Source of the DNA: Candidatus Latescibacterota bacterium | GTDB taxonomy: Bacteria > Latescibacterota > UBA2968 > UBA8231 | Length of the DNA: 64,000 nt | NCBI GenBank assembly: GCA_965223905.1 | Contig: CBDCXV010000010.1 | Coordinates: 1,184,001-1,248,000, forward strand | Reading direction: 5' to 3' | Shown here: piece after piece, positions 41,257 to 51,875 of the stretch | Layout: every line of letters starts with the position of its first letter | Numbering within the stretch: the first letter of the stretch is position 1 | The notes under the pieces: model-generated | What the model was told of the DNA's origin: nothing | The model's database searches: none | What the model saw: only the letters and a program-made list of their open reading frames with translations | Position numbers and translations under genes: made by a program

Positions 41257-42555
41257 ATGAAACCACTCGATGTAGTCTACCTCCATTCCCACGATACGGG
41301 CCGCTACGTGCAGCCCTACGGATACGCGGTGCCGACCCCGTCCATACAGGAACTCGCCGAACAGGGTCTGCTGTTCCGGAGCGCCTTCTGTGCGGCTCCG
41401 ACCTGCTCGCCGAGCCGGGCGGCGCTGTTGACGGGCGAGTGGGCCCACTGCGTTGGCATGCTGGGCCTGGCGCACCGCGGCTTCTCGCTGGCGGATCCCC
41501 GCCGGCATCTGGCGCGCGTACTGGCGGATGCGGGGTACCACACCGTTCTCGCCGGTGTCCAGCACGTGGGCACCGACGATGCGGAGCTGGGGTACCTCCA
41601 GGTGCTCGATACGGACTCGAACCGCGCCTCCGAAGTGGCCCCGGCCGCCGCGGAGTTCCTGGGAAACCCTCTCCCCCGCGGCCCGTTCTTCCTCGACGTC
41701 GGGTTTTTCGAGACCCACCTCGCTTTTCCCGAGCCCCGGGACGACGGCCGTCACTGCCGGCCCCCGGCGCCGCTGCCCGACGCTCCCGAGGTGCGCGCCG
41801 ACATGGCGGGGTTCAGGGAGAGCGCCCGGCTCCTCGACGATGGCGTCGGGATCGTCCTCGATGCCCTGGAGAGGAGCAGCCGCGGCCGTGAGACCCTCGT
41901 GGTCTTCACGACGGACCACGGCCTTCCTCTCCCGGGGATGAAGTGCAATCTCACCGACCACGGCATCGGGGTGATGCTCGTCATGCGCGGTCCGGGAGGC
42001 TTCGAAGGGGGCCGCGCCATCAACGGAATGGTATCCCAGATCGATCTCTTTCCCACGCTCTGCGAGCTGCTCGAAATCGAGGCTCCCGGGTGGCTGCAGG
42101 GCAGGTCGATGATGCCCCTGGTGCGCGGAGAAGCGGAGGAGATCAACGACGCCGTGTTCGCCGAGGTCACCTTCCACGCCGCGTACGAGCCGCAGCGCGC
42201 CGTGCGCACCCGGCGGTGGAAGTACATCCGGCGCTTCGAGGACCGCGAAGGACCGGTGCTGCCCAACTGCGACGACAGCCGCAGCAAGCAGTACCTGCTC
42301 GAGCGCGGCTGGAGGGAGCGGGCGCCGGAGCCGGAGCAGCTGTACGACCTGGCGTTCGACCCGAACGAGGCGCGCAACCTCGCGGCCGATCCCGGCAGGG
42401 CCGGGGTTCTGGGCATGATGCGCCGGCGCCTGGACAGGTGGAAGAAAGAGACCGGCGATCCACTGCTGTCCGGGCCGGTACGCGCCCCGGCCGGCGCCAG
42501 AATCAACGACGTAGACGGGCTGTCGCCGCGCGAGAAACCGCGGCCGATCGAATAG
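41257..42555 (+). CDS. Formylglycine-dependent sulfatase
   Basis: CSPSRAALLTG signature, TTDHG, LYDLAFDPNE. Confidence 0.92.
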   Translation: MKPLDVVYLHSHDTGRYVQPYGYAVPTPSIQELAEQGLLFRSAFCAAPTCSPSRAALLTGEWAHCVGMLGLAHRGFSLADPRRHLARVLADAGYHTVLAGVQHVGTDDAELGYLQVLDTDSNRASEVAPAAAEFLGNPLPRGPFFLDVGFFETHLAFPEPRDDGRHCRPPAPLPDAPEVRADMAGFRESARLLDDGVGIVLDALERSSRGRETLVVFTTDHGLPLPGMKCNLTDHGIGVMLVMRGPGGFEGGRAINGMVSQIDLFPTLCELLEIEAPGWLQGRSMMPLVRGEAEEINDAVFAEVTFHAAYEPQRAVRTRRWKYIRRFEDREGPVLPNCDDSRSKQYLLERGWRERAPEPEQLYDLAFDPNEARNLAADPGRAGVLGMMRRRLDRWKKETGDPLLSGPVRAPAGARINDVDGLSPREKPRPIE

Positions 42556-42691
42556 CGTATCCGGGCCGCCATCCCGCTTCTTCCGGGAAAACCCCTGGTG
42601 CGGTCGGCGCACGGCAGATCGGGATTCCCGGGTGGACGCCGTCGATTCCGAGCGCTTGAAAACCCCCTTGCATCAGTGTACCGTTCCTGCC

Positions 42692-43498
42692 ATGACGGAA
42701 ACGCGACCTACTGACTGCGAGCGGGGCTTCTTCGATTCGAAGGGGTACCTGCAGCTCGACTCGTTTCTGCCAGCGGCCCTGGTCGAAAGGCTCGCGGATC
42801 GGCTGGCCGCGGTGATGGAACGGCGCGCCGTCCTCGAGCGCGAGGGCGCCCCCCCGAACAGCCCGGGAAAGCGGATCGCCATCGAGGGGGCGGACCGGCG
42901 CATCTTCCACATCCTCGACGACGATCCGGAGTTCCTCGAGCTCGTCGACTACGGCGCCATCATGCCGTACGTGCGCACCCTGCTTCACGAGGAGGCCCAC
43001 TTCCACGCCTCCGACGCCATCTGGGAACAGGGGGTCTGCGAGCGCGAGCCGGGGTGGCACATCGACGGCGCCGACCGCGGCTACCGCAGCCTGCGTCCGC
43101 GGATTCCGCTCCTTCAGCTGAAGATTGGCTACATCCTGTCGGACATGACCCAACCGGATCAAGGGAACCTGGTGATCGTCCCGGGATCGCACCGCGACGA
43201 CGACGAGCCGGGCCCGGAGCAGCTGTCGGGATTCGATACGCTTCCAGGGGCGGTGCAGGTCTGCGGTCCTCCGGGCACCGCGGTCCTGTTTCACAACGCC
43301 CTGTGGCACTCCCGCGGCCCCAAGCGGCGACCCGGCGGCAGGCGCATCATGCTGTACTACGCCTACGAGGTCCCCTGGATCATGGGCAATCCCGAACACT
43401 GGAGCTACCCGCCCGGGTTCTACAACGCCCTCTCCCCGGAGCGCCGCAAGCTGTTCCACGGGTTTGTCTTCGATCCCCCGGAATACCGCTTCGCCTGA
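42692..43498 (+). CDS. PhyH family Fe(II)/2OG dioxygenase
   Basis: FFDSKGYL, WHID, IVPGSH, GTAVLFHNALWH. Confidence 0.87.
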   Translation: MTETRPTDCERGFFDSKGYLQLDSFLPAALVERLADRLAAVMERRAVLEREGAPPNSPGKRIAIEGADRRIFHILDDDPEFLELVDYGAIMPYVRTLLHEEAHFHASDAIWEQGVCEREPGWHIDGADRGYRSLRPRIPLLQLKIGYILSDMTQPDQGNLVIVPGSHRDDDEPGPEQLSGFDTLPGAVQVCGPPGTAVLFHNALWHSRGPKRRPGGRRIMLYYAYEVPWIMGNPEHWSYPPGFYNALSPERRKLFHGFVFDPPEYRFA

Positions 43499-43785
43499 GC
43501 GAGGTTCCGCGGGGTGCGCCTCCGATGGCTGGCACAGCGAGCGGCCAGGCACCCCGACCAGCCAGGCACTCTGCAACTCGGCTTTGCCTGAGGGAGGTAC
43601 CGGAGGTCCCCTTCGTGGGCTTCCTCGGCCGGGCACCAGGCAGAAACTCACTCCGACCGACCTGTCGGCACTCTTCAACTACTGCGAATCCATTCTCGAC
43701 ACCGATTGATTCGCAGCAGCACCCCTGCCCGAAACCTCCGGCGGCAAGCAGTGGAACTCTGACCATGCGCCGCCGCGGCAGATCG

Positions 43786-44646
43786 TCACCGGCCGCCGCG
43801 GTATCCGCCCTCCAGCCGGCCGCGCATGCGCTCGAAGCGGTCGGCACCGCGCCGCCCACCCGGATCGCCGGCCCTGGTGATCCGCCTCTCGATGTCGCGG
43901 ATGCGCTCCGCGGTCGCCGGGTGGGTGGACATCAGCTTTCCGAAATACCCCGGGCGCCGGCCTGCTTCAGCTTCGCGGAGCTTGGTGAAAAAGGTGATTA
44001 TACCCCGGGGATCGTACCCTGCGGCGATGGTGTAGGCGACGCCGTAGCGGTCGGCTTGCCGCTCGTCATCCCTGCTGAATCGGGCCATCCCGCCGGCCTC
44101 GAGGATGTCGGCCGTCAGCTCGGCGAGAAGCGCCGGGTTTTCCCCCAGGGCAATCGCCGCCAACAGCTGCAGGCCGAAGCGAGTCGCCAGCTGGTTGGCC
44201 GAGTGCCTCCCGACCACGTGGCCGATCTCGTGCGCGAGCACGCCTGCCACCTCGGCCTCGTTCTCCGCGAACAGCAGCAGGCCGGAGTAGAAGTAGATGA
44301 ACCCCCCGGGAAGGGCGAAGGCGTTGACTTGGCGGGGGTCGTCGAGGACGCGGATGCGGTAGCGGATCCCCGGCCGGTCGCGATGGCTGGCGAGGATGAG
44401 GGGCCGGCCGATCTCGGCGACGTAGCGCTGGATCTCGCGGTCGCGCAGGACCGGCTGCTCCGCTTCGATCTGCCGGGAGAGCTTGCGTCCGAGCTCGATT
44501 TCCGTTTCCGGGGGGACCAGGCTCCTCCCCAGTTGCTGGCGCACCGCGGCGCAACCGCTCAGGGCGACGAGCAGCACCAGCAGGGAGGGGGTGCCGAGGC
44601 GGCGCCGGCCGGCGGCACCTGCTACGGATCTGGAAAGGAAGGGCAT
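43786..44646 (-). CDS. M48 family metallopeptidase, probable lipoprotein
   Basis: Lipobox LSGC, VNAFALPGG, HEIGH, FSRDDERQAD, STHP. Confidence 0.9.
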   Translation of the reverse strand: MPFLSRSVAGAAGRRRLGTPSLLVLLVALSGCAAVRQQLGRSLVPPETEIELGRKLSRQIEAEQPVLRDREIQRYVAEIGRPLILASHRDRPGIRYRIRVLDDPRQVNAFALPGGFIYFYSGLLLFAENEAEVAGVLAHEIGHVVGRHSANQLATRFGLQLLAAIALGENPALLAELTADILEAGGMARFSRDDERQADRYGVAYTIAAGYDPRGIITFFTKLREAEAGRRPGYFGKLMSTHPATAERIRDIERRITRAGDPGGRRGADRFERMRGRLEGGYRGGR

Positions 44647-44741
44647 GGCGTTACTCGTGGGACGGATTTGGGCTCATTTCCGGAGTGGCGTCCATTTCGT
44701 GCGGAACCGCCTCGCAAGGCCCATGGGCGAGGCGCCGGCTC

Positions 44742-46462
44742 CTACACGAACGGGCGCGGACCGACGGCGCCGGAACAGCCTACCAGCACGTCGAGATCGA
44801 CGCCGCGGTCCGCCTGCAGCACGTGGTCGAGGTAGATGCCGACGTAGCCGCGGTCGGCTCGCGGCGGCGGCGGTTGCCAGCGTTGCCTCCGCCGCTCCAG
44901 CTCGGCCGCGGAGACGTCGAGATCGAGTCTCCTGCCGGGCACGTCGAGCTCGATCATGTCGCCGTCCTCCACCAGCGCCAGCGGCCCTCCCACCGCGGCT
45001 TCGGGAGCGACGTGCAGGACGATGGTGCCGAAAGCGGTGCCGCTCATGCGCCCGTCCGAGATGCAGACCATGTCGCGCACCCCTTTTTGCAGCAGCTTCC
45101 GGGGCAGGCCGAACTTGCCGAACTCCGGCATGCCGGGGAATCCCTTGGGGCCGATTCCCTTCAGGACAAGGACGCAGTCCTCGTCGACGTCGAGGTCCGG
45201 GTCGTCGACCCGGACCCGGTGGTCCTCGAGGCTCTCGAAGACCACGGCGCGGCCGCGGTGGCGCATGCGTTCCGGCGAGGCGGCCGACGGCTTGATCACC
45301 GCGCCGCCGGGACAGAGGTTGCCCCCCAGCACGGCGATGCCGGCTTCCTCCTGGAAGGGGGCGTCGACGGAGGCGATGACTTCCCGGTTGTAGCACTCTG
45401 CGTCAGCGACGTTCTCCCCGAGGCTCGCCCCCGACCCGGTCAGGCAGTCGGCGTGGAGCTGCCCCGACAGCTCTCCCAAAACCGCCGGGAGCCCCCCGGC
45501 GTAGTAGAAGCCCTCCATCAGGTGGTCGCCCGAAGGCATCAGGTTGACCAGCAGCGGCATGCCGCTGCCGAGACTATCGAAGTCGTCGAGCTCCAGCGGC
45601 AGTCCCAGGCGGCCGGCGATCGCCAGCAGGTGGACGACGAAGTTCGTCGATCCCCCGATGGCGGCGTTCACCCTGATGGCGTTCTCCAGCGACTTCCGCG
45701 ACACGATGTCCGACGGCCGCACCCCTTCCCGCACCAGCTCGACGATGCGGTTGCCGGCGCGGTGGGCGAGGTTCCTGCGGCGCGCGTCGGAGGCGGGGAT
45801 GGCCGCCCCGGCCGGCAGGGTCAGTCCCAGGGTCTCGACCATGCAGGCCATGGTCGAGGCGGTCCCCATGGTCATGCAGTGGCCGTCGCTGCGCGTCATG
45901 CAGCCCTCCGCCTCGAGGAACTCCTCCTCGCTGATACTGCCGGCGCGGAACTCGGTGTGGAAGCGGTGGACATCGGTGCCGGAGCCGATGTTGCGGCCGC
46001 GGTACTTGCCGGTCAGCATCGGTCCCCCGGTGACCACCATGGTCGGCAGATCGACGCTGCAGGCCCCCATCAGCGCTCCCGGGGTGGTCTTGTCGCACCC
46101 GGTGAGCAGGAGGACGCCGTCGATCGGGTTGGCGCGGATCGACTCCTCGACGTCCATGCTCAGCAGGTTGCGGTAGAGCATCGTCGTCGGCCGCATCAGG
46201 GTTTCCCCCAGCGACATTACCGGAAATTCCAGGGGAACCCCCCCCCCGCCTCGTACACGCCGCGCTTCGCCGACTCGGCGAGGATGCGCAGGTGGGCGTT
46301 GCAGGGATTGAGGTCGGACCAGGTGTTGCAGATGCCGATGACGGGTTTGCCGTCGAACATCTGCTGAGGGTGCCCGCGGCCCTTGAGCCAGCTGCGGCTG
46401 ACGAAACCGTGATGGGTGACCGGTGCGAACCAGTCGGCGCTTCTCAGTGGGGCTTTGTTCAT
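44742..46462 (-). CDS. IlvD/Edd family (sugar-acid type) dehydratase; frameshift at the C10 run 46238-46247
   Basis: LRSADWF, NTWSDLNPCN / RPTTMLYRNL, GCDKTTP, HCMTMGTASTM, IGGSTN, SDGRMSGT, HVAPE. Confidence 0.87.
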
Positions 46463-46670
46463 TCGAAGGTGATGGTGATTTTTCGGCGGGAGGGACGAGA
46501 TCGGCATCTCTGCCCGATTACAGAGGGCGCAAAGGAAACCCATCCTCCGGGGGGCGGCAATCTTGACTTCGCCCGTGACCCTGCCTTACTGATATGGCGA
46601 TTCGTTGCCGACCGGTGGCGACGGACCGTGAGACCGTTCGCGATTGTTCCGCGGACCCGGGAAAGGGAAA

Positions 46671-47318
46671 ATGAGAAAGGCGCTGATCGTATCGGGGGGT
46701 TGGGAGGGCCACCAACCCCGGCAGTGTACGGAGATCTGGGCACCCATCCTCGAGGAGGAGGGGTTCGAGGTCACGGTTTCGGAATCGCTTTCCATCTACC
46801 TCGACGATGATTTCATGCGAGGGTTGAGCCTGATCGTTCCGATCTGGACGATGGGCCGGATCGAGGGCGACGAGGAGAAGGGCCTGCTCGACGCCATCCA
46901 CGGCGGCGTCGGGGTCGCCGGCTGGCACGGCGGCATGGCGGACGCTTTCAGGAACAACTGCACCTACCAGTTCATGGTCGGCGGCCAGTTCATCGCTCAC
47001 CCGGACGGCATCATCGACTACCAGGTCGACATCTGCCGACCGGAGGATCCGATCGTCAGCGGTCTGGGCAGCTTCTCGATGCACTCGGAGCAGTACTACA
47101 TGCACGTCGATCCCGGGAACGAGGTGCTGGCGACGACGACCGTCGGCCCGCGGCGAAGCGCGCCGTGGGTGGAAGGCACGGTCATGCCGGTGGTATGGAA
47201 GCGCCGCTGGGGAGAGGGCAGGGTGTTCTATTCGTCGCTGGGGCACGTGGCAGCCGACTTCGACGTGCCGGAAGCCAGGGAGATCCAGCGCCGCGGCTGC
47301 GTGTGGGCGGCGCGCTGA
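46671..47318 (+). CDS. ThuA-like (class I GATase-fold) protein
   Basis: [37 protein letters not shown]. Confidence 0.87.
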   Translation: MRKALIVSGGWEGHQPRQCTEIWAPILEEEGFEVTVSESLSIYLDDDFMRGLSLIVPIWTMGRIEGDEEKGLLDAIHGGVGVAGWHGGMADAFRNNCTYQFMVGGQFIAHPDGIIDYQVDICRPEDPIVSGLGSFSMHSEQYYMHVDPGNEVLATTTVGPRRSAPWVEGTVMPVVWKRRWGEGRVFYSSLGHVAADFDVPEAREIQRRGCVWAAR

Positions 47319-47493
47319 CTCCGGGCTTGTCTTGAGGTTCATAGAAACTCCGCGAACAGGCAGGGCAACGGGAGCGGAGGCATTCCCCTCCGCAGGCCTC
47401 GCTGTGCGCCGGTGCAGGTGGGGATGGTGCCGGCCGCCGCATGCTGGTGCGGCCTGTCGACAAGGCGCAGGAGATCCGGGAGAATGAGACGAC

Positions 47494-48234
47494 ATGCAGG
47501 GTAGCGGGCCGAGAAAAAGGGTTCTGATCACGGGGGCGGCCGGCCGCATCGGCCAGGTGCTGCGCGGCGGCCTTAGAGACCGTTACAGCCTGCGCCTGAT
47601 GTATCACCGGACTGTGCTGCCCGCGGCCCCAGGGGAAGAGGTCTGCCGGGGGAAGATCACCGACCTCGCCTTCGTCGAGTCCGCGGTCGCCGGCATGGAC
47701 GCCATCGTCCACCTCGCCGGCAACCCCAACGTGCCGGCGACCTGGGAAGAAGTGCTCGAGGCCAACATCAAGGGCACCTACTGCCTCTACGAAGCCGCCC
47801 GCCTCCAGGGGGTGAAGCGGGTGGTGTTCGCCAGCACCAACCACGTGACGGGGTTCTACGAGCAGGAGGGCGTATACACCAGGCCGGAGATGCCGGCGCG
47901 CCCCGACAGCTACTACGGGGTCAGCAAGGCGTTCGGGGAAGACCTGGGGCAGTACTACGTCGACGAGTTCGGCATCGAGGTGATCAGCCTGCGCATCGGC
48001 TCGTTCCAGCCGGAAAAATCGGTTACCGGGCGCGACGGCGACCGCATCCTGTCGACCTGGTTGAGCCACCGCGATTGCGTGCAGCTGGTGTGGCGGAGCA
48101 TCGAGGCGGAGGTCAGCTCCGGGATCTACTACGGCATCTCGGGGAACACCCGGGCCTGCTGGGACATCTCCAACGCCCGCTCTGAGCTCGGGTACGATCC
48201 GGAGGACGACGCCGAGCGACTGGCCGGCGGCTGA
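47494..48234 (+). CDS. NAD-dependent epimerase/dehydratase (uronate dehydrogenase-like)
   Basis: ITGAAGRIG, FASTNH, YGVSKAFGE, LRIGS, TWLSHRD. Confidence 0.85.
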   Translation: MQGSGPRKRVLITGAAGRIGQVLRGGLRDRYSLRLMYHRTVLPAAPGEEVCRGKITDLAFVESAVAGMDAIVHLAGNPNVPATWEEVLEANIKGTYCLYEAARLQGVKRVVFASTNHVTGFYEQEGVYTRPEMPARPDSYYGVSKAFGEDLGQYYVDEFGIEVISLRIGSFQPEKSVTGRDGDRILSTWLSHRDCVQLVWRSIEAEVSSGIYYGISGNTRACWDISNARSELGYDPEDDAERLAGG

Positions 48235-48298
48235 AGAGCCGTCCGGATCCGGGTTCCGCGGCCCTCGCCGCCTGACTCCGCTCGCGCCGCCGCGGCGC

Positions 48299-48457
48299 TC
48301 ATTTCCCCCGGGACTTCGGAGGGCGCCGCCACCGGCCGGCGTCGAAAATGAAGACCAGGGTGCGCACCACGTCGCGCAGAATGAAGCAGGCGACGAGCAG
48401 GGTGACGATCGATATCAACCGCCGGTCGAGCAGTATGTCCAGGATCTCTTCGATCAC
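48299..48457 (-). CDS. Possible small membrane protein (52 aa)
   Basis: GAGG-like RBS then GTG; IEEILDILLDRRLISIVTLLVACFIL followed by a basic tail. Confidence 0.4.
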   Translation of the reverse strand: MIEEILDILLDRRLISIVTLLVACFILRDVVRTLVFIFDAGRWRRPPKSRGK

Positions 48458-48618
48458 GTCGTCCTCGGCTCGGCAGGGCCGGCTGGTCCTTGCCGCTATC
48501 CTGATATAGGCAGCGCAAAGCCGGTCTGCAAGCAGGTTCGCCGGTCCCGGAAGCAGCTTTGACACCCCCGCGAGCTGCAGGATATCTTGCCGGCCCCACT
48601 TCCACCGGAGAGAATCGA

Positions 48619-49347
48619 ATGTCGAAAACAGGACTGAGCAGCGAGGACCTCGAGCTGCTGTGCAAGTACGATACCCCGACCATCTGCAACGCCATCGAGC
48701 TGTTCCAGGTCAGGCCCCGGGACGCCGGCTACACCGACTCCCGCATCCAGGCATGCTACCCGGAGATGCCCCCCATGGTCGGGTACGCCAGCACCGTGAC
48801 GATGCGCGCCTCCGCCCCGGCGCAGGGGGACGTCTATTCCACCATGGACAGGCAGGTGGCCTCGTTTTCCGAGGTCCCCGGACCGCCGGTGGTCGTCTTC
48901 CAGGACCTCGACAGCCCGTCGGTGGCGGCGACCTTCGGCGAGGTGATGTGCTCCGCCTACCAGACCTTCGGCGCCGTCGGCCTGGTCACAAGCGGCACCG
49001 GCCGCGACCTCGACCAGGTGCGCGAACTCGGTTTTCCCGCCTTCACCAACGGCGCCATCGCCTCCCACGGGTACAACCACATGGTCGATCTCGGGCGCAC
49101 CGTTCACGTCGGCGGGATCGCCATCTTTCCGGGGGATCTCCTGCACGGCGACTGCAACGGCGTCGCCGTCGTTCCCAACGATATCGCCAGCGACGTCGCC
49201 CACGTCTGCGAGGAGTTCGTCGCCGCCGAGCAGGTCATCCTCGATTACCTGAAGACGGATGACCCGACGCCGGCAGGCCTCGCTGAAGCGCGGGCCGAGT
49301 CCTCCCGCCTGATATCCGCCCTCGGGGAGCGCGTCCGCGGGAAGTAA
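48619..49347 (+). CDS. RraA/HMG aldolase family protein
   Basis: DTPTICNA, VGYAST, FGEVM, GRDL, PGDLLHGDCNGV. Confidence 0.85.
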   Translation: MSKTGLSSEDLELLCKYDTPTICNAIELFQVRPRDAGYTDSRIQACYPEMPPMVGYASTVTMRASAPAQGDVYSTMDRQVASFSEVPGPPVVVFQDLDSPSVAATFGEVMCSAYQTFGAVGLVTSGTGRDLDQVRELGFPAFTNGAIASHGYNHMVDLGRTVHVGGIAIFPGDLLHGDCNGVAVVPNDIASDVAHVCEEFVAAEQVILDYLKTDDPTPAGLAEARAESSRLISALGERVRGK

Positions 49348-49403
49348 ACCCCCTCCTCTCGTCAGGCTGGTCCCCCACCTTGGGAACGGTTCGTCCCGGA
49401 CCA

Positions 49404-49601
49404 TCAATACGATCCATCCCCTTGCGGCTGGTAGGCGTCGCAGGCAACTACCGGAAGCCGGGGGTATTTCGGGAAGCGCGCGTCGCGCTCGGAGACCAGG
49501 CAGAGGTAGAAGCGGGTGTTGCGGGCAGCGACGACGCGGCAGTGACGGCAATCCCCGCAGAGTCCCGGATCGATCGGCGGAGTTTTCTCACGACCGGCCA
49601 T
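49404..49601 (-). CDS. Small Cys-rich protein (65 aa)
   Basis: GLCGDCRHCR..FYLC..FPKYPRLPVVAC; GGAG upstream of the ATG. Confidence 0.65.
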   Translation of the reverse strand: MAGREKTPPIDPGLCGDCRHCRVVAARNTRFYLCLVSERDARFPKYPRLPVVACDAYQPQGDGSY

Positions 49602-49738
49602 GGCGTCAGCTCCCGGGGCGGAATGTCTTCGGGGACGGCGGCAGGCCTGGTACTTCAGCGGCCCCAATGCCACCCTGCCGAGCCCCTGTCATCCCGGCCA
49701 TGTGCCCGTCGGCAGTGCCTCCGCGACGGGCAAGGCAG

Positions 49739-50596
49739 TCAGTTCATCACCGCCAGCCGCGACTGCAGCAGGGCGATGTCGTTGGCGATGGTCCCGGCGT
49801 CTTCCGCTCCGGGCGCCCGGCGCAGGTACTCGTCCAGACAGGAGAGGGCGCGGTGAAAGGCTCCGAGCCGGCAGTAGAGATATCCGAGATCGCGAAGGTC
49901 GGAGGCGGTCTCCGGCTGCAGCCAGAGGATCCTCTCGCCGGCGCTGACGGCGTGCTCGAACTCCTCGCGGCCGGCGTGAATCTGCCTGAGGTTGCGCAGC
50001 ATGCGGGCGAATATCTGCGCCGGGGCCGCCTCGGCAAGGAACCTGTCGTCGAGCCCGGCACCCTTTCCCGTCATCCGCGCCAGCATCCCTTCGAGAGCGT
50101 CCCGGCCGACGACGCGGCCGCCGCTGAAGGGGTCGACGAAAACCGGGTCGGGAACAGCCGCGCACCTGACGAGGAAGTGTCCGGGGAAGTTGACCCCGGC
50201 CAGGGGAAGGTCCAGCTCGCGGCCCACCGCGATGTAGAGGATGGAAAGGGTTATCGGGATCCCCAGGCGGCGGTCGAGGACGTCGTTGAGGTAGCTGTTG
50301 CGCGGGTCATCGTAGCGGTCGGCATTGCCGCGAAATCCCTGCTCGACGGCGAGAAAACGGCTCAGTTCGCGCACGGCTTCATGCCGCCCGCGGCCTTTCA
50401 CACGGGGCTCGACCTCCAGGGCGAGGCCGCGGATACGCTGCAGACAGGAGTCGATGTCGAGGCCGGGGTAGGCGTCGCGGGCGATCAGCAGGGCTCCGAA
50501 AGCGAGGTCGATGTTCTCATCCGGCTGCTGCACCAGGCGGTACAGCGGGTCCGCTGTTGGAGGTTGGTAGAAGTTGCTGGCGCTGGCAGATTCCAC
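49739..50596 (-). CDS. SirB1/YchA-like (transglutaminase-like plus TPR) protein
   Basis: GFRGN..Y.DPRNSYLNDVLDRRLGIPITLS, GVNFPGHFLV, DPF, RMLRNL, RDLG. Confidence 0.88.
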   Translation of the reverse strand: MESASASNFYQPPTADPLYRLVQQPDENIDLAFGALLIARDAYPGLDIDSCLQRIRGLALEVEPRVKGRGRHEAVRELSRFLAVEQGFRGNADRYDDPRNSYLNDVLDRRLGIPITLSILYIAVGRELDLPLAGVNFPGHFLVRCAAVPDPVFVDPFSGGRVVGRDALEGMLARMTGKGAGLDDRFLAEAAPAQIFARMLRNLRQIHAGREEFEHAVSAGERILWLQPETASDLRDLGYLYCRLGAFHRALSCLDEYLRRAPGAEDAGTIANDIALLQSRLAVMN

Positions 50597-50963
50597 AGGG
50601 TATGTCAGCTCTCCAGGTGTCCGGCGATGCTTCCGCCGGGGCTCGCGCCGAGGCGGGATCTCCGCTGCCGTTCCGGGTCGGCAGTCCGAGTCCCCATGAC
50701 GACCCGCGACCGCTCGCCGCATCCTCGCCGATGCCCGCCGCCCTGCAGGTTCCGCACAGGCTCCGGATTCCACCGGCTCGGTCGCGCTCCCTACATCGGG
50801 AGGCTTCGATGCGGCGAGTCGTTCGGGAAGGCCGCCCGGTATATTATTGGAATCGGACGCCGGGCCCGCCAGAACCGATGTCCGAAGAGCGAAAGAAGGG
50901 GAGGCGCTTCCCTTTTCGAGTATCTGAAACCCGCCCGCCGAAATGGAGCAGGGAAACGGTGAC

Positions 50964-51875
50964 ATGACAGCAGCGATCGCCCTCAATCACGTCGGCAAGC
51001 GTTTCGGCGACAAGGTCGCCGTGGACGATCTCTGTCTCGAGGTCCCGCCGGGGTGCATCTACGGGTTCCTGGGCCCCAACGGGGCGGGCAAGACCACGAC
51101 TCTGCGGATGATCGTCGGGATCTTCTACCCGGACCAGGGCAGCGTCCGCGTTCTGGGGCAGAGCGATCCGGCGGCGGTCAGGGAGCGCATCGGGTACCTC
51201 CCGGAAGAGCGCGGACTCTACGACAGGATGCGCCTCGCCGACCAGATGACCTACTACGGCCGGCTGAAGGGAATGGGCGCGCGGCAGGCCGGCGAGGTCT
51301 CCTCCCGCTTGCTGGTGGAATACGGTCTGGGCGATTGGCAGGAGAAGAAGTGCAACACCCTCTCGAAGGGGATGGCCCAGAAGGTGCAGATCCTCGCCAC
51401 CATCATGCACGGGCCGGACCTCGTCATCCTCGACGAGCCGTTTTCCGGTCTCGACCCGGTCAACCGGGACGTCATGAGGGACCTGATACTGCAGCTGAAG
51501 CGGGACGGCAAGAGCGTGCTGTTCTCCACCCATATCATGGAGCAGGCCGAGCAGATCTGCGATTTCGTGGTCCTGATCGACCGCGGCGCCAAGGTTCTCG
51601 ACGGCAGCCTGTCGTCGGTTCGCGCCGCCGCGGGACAGTCGATCCGTCTCGACTACGACGGCAACGGAAGCTCGTTGGCCCAGATCCCCGGGGTCGAGCG
51701 CGTCAACGACTCGGGCAAGCAGGCGGAGCTGTTTCTCTCCGAGGGAGGAGATTCCCAGGAGGTCCTTGAGGCCCTGATAGCCCACGGCATCCGGGTGCGT
51801 CGATTCGACCTGACCGAGCTCTCCCTGCACGAGATCTTCCTTCGCGCCGTCGGCGGCGAGGGAGCAGCGGCATGA
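50964..51875 (+). CDS. ABC transporter ATP-binding protein
   Basis: GPNGAGKTT, LSKGM, LDEPFSGLD, STH. Confidence 0.93.
   Translation: MTAAIALNHVGKRFGDKVAVDDLCLEVPPGCIYGFLGPNGAGKTTTLRMIVGIFYPDQGSVRVLGQSDPAAVRERIGYLPEERGLYDRMRLADQMTYYGRLKGMGARQAGEVSSRLLVEYGLGDWQEKKCNTLSKGMAQKVQILATIMHGPDLVILDEPFSGLDPVNRDVMRDLILQLKRDGKSVLFSTHIMEQAEQICDFVVLIDRGAKVLDGSLSSVRAAAGQSIRLDYDGNGSSLAQIPGVERVNDSGKQAELFLSEGGDSQEVLEALIAHGIRVRRFDLTELSLHEIFLRAVGGEGAAA

Noticed and set aside
43500-43709. Short coding-like remnant (..LTPTDLSALFNYCESILDTD-stop)
   Set aside because: No credible start and no recognisable family; it could be a gene relic but cannot be supported.
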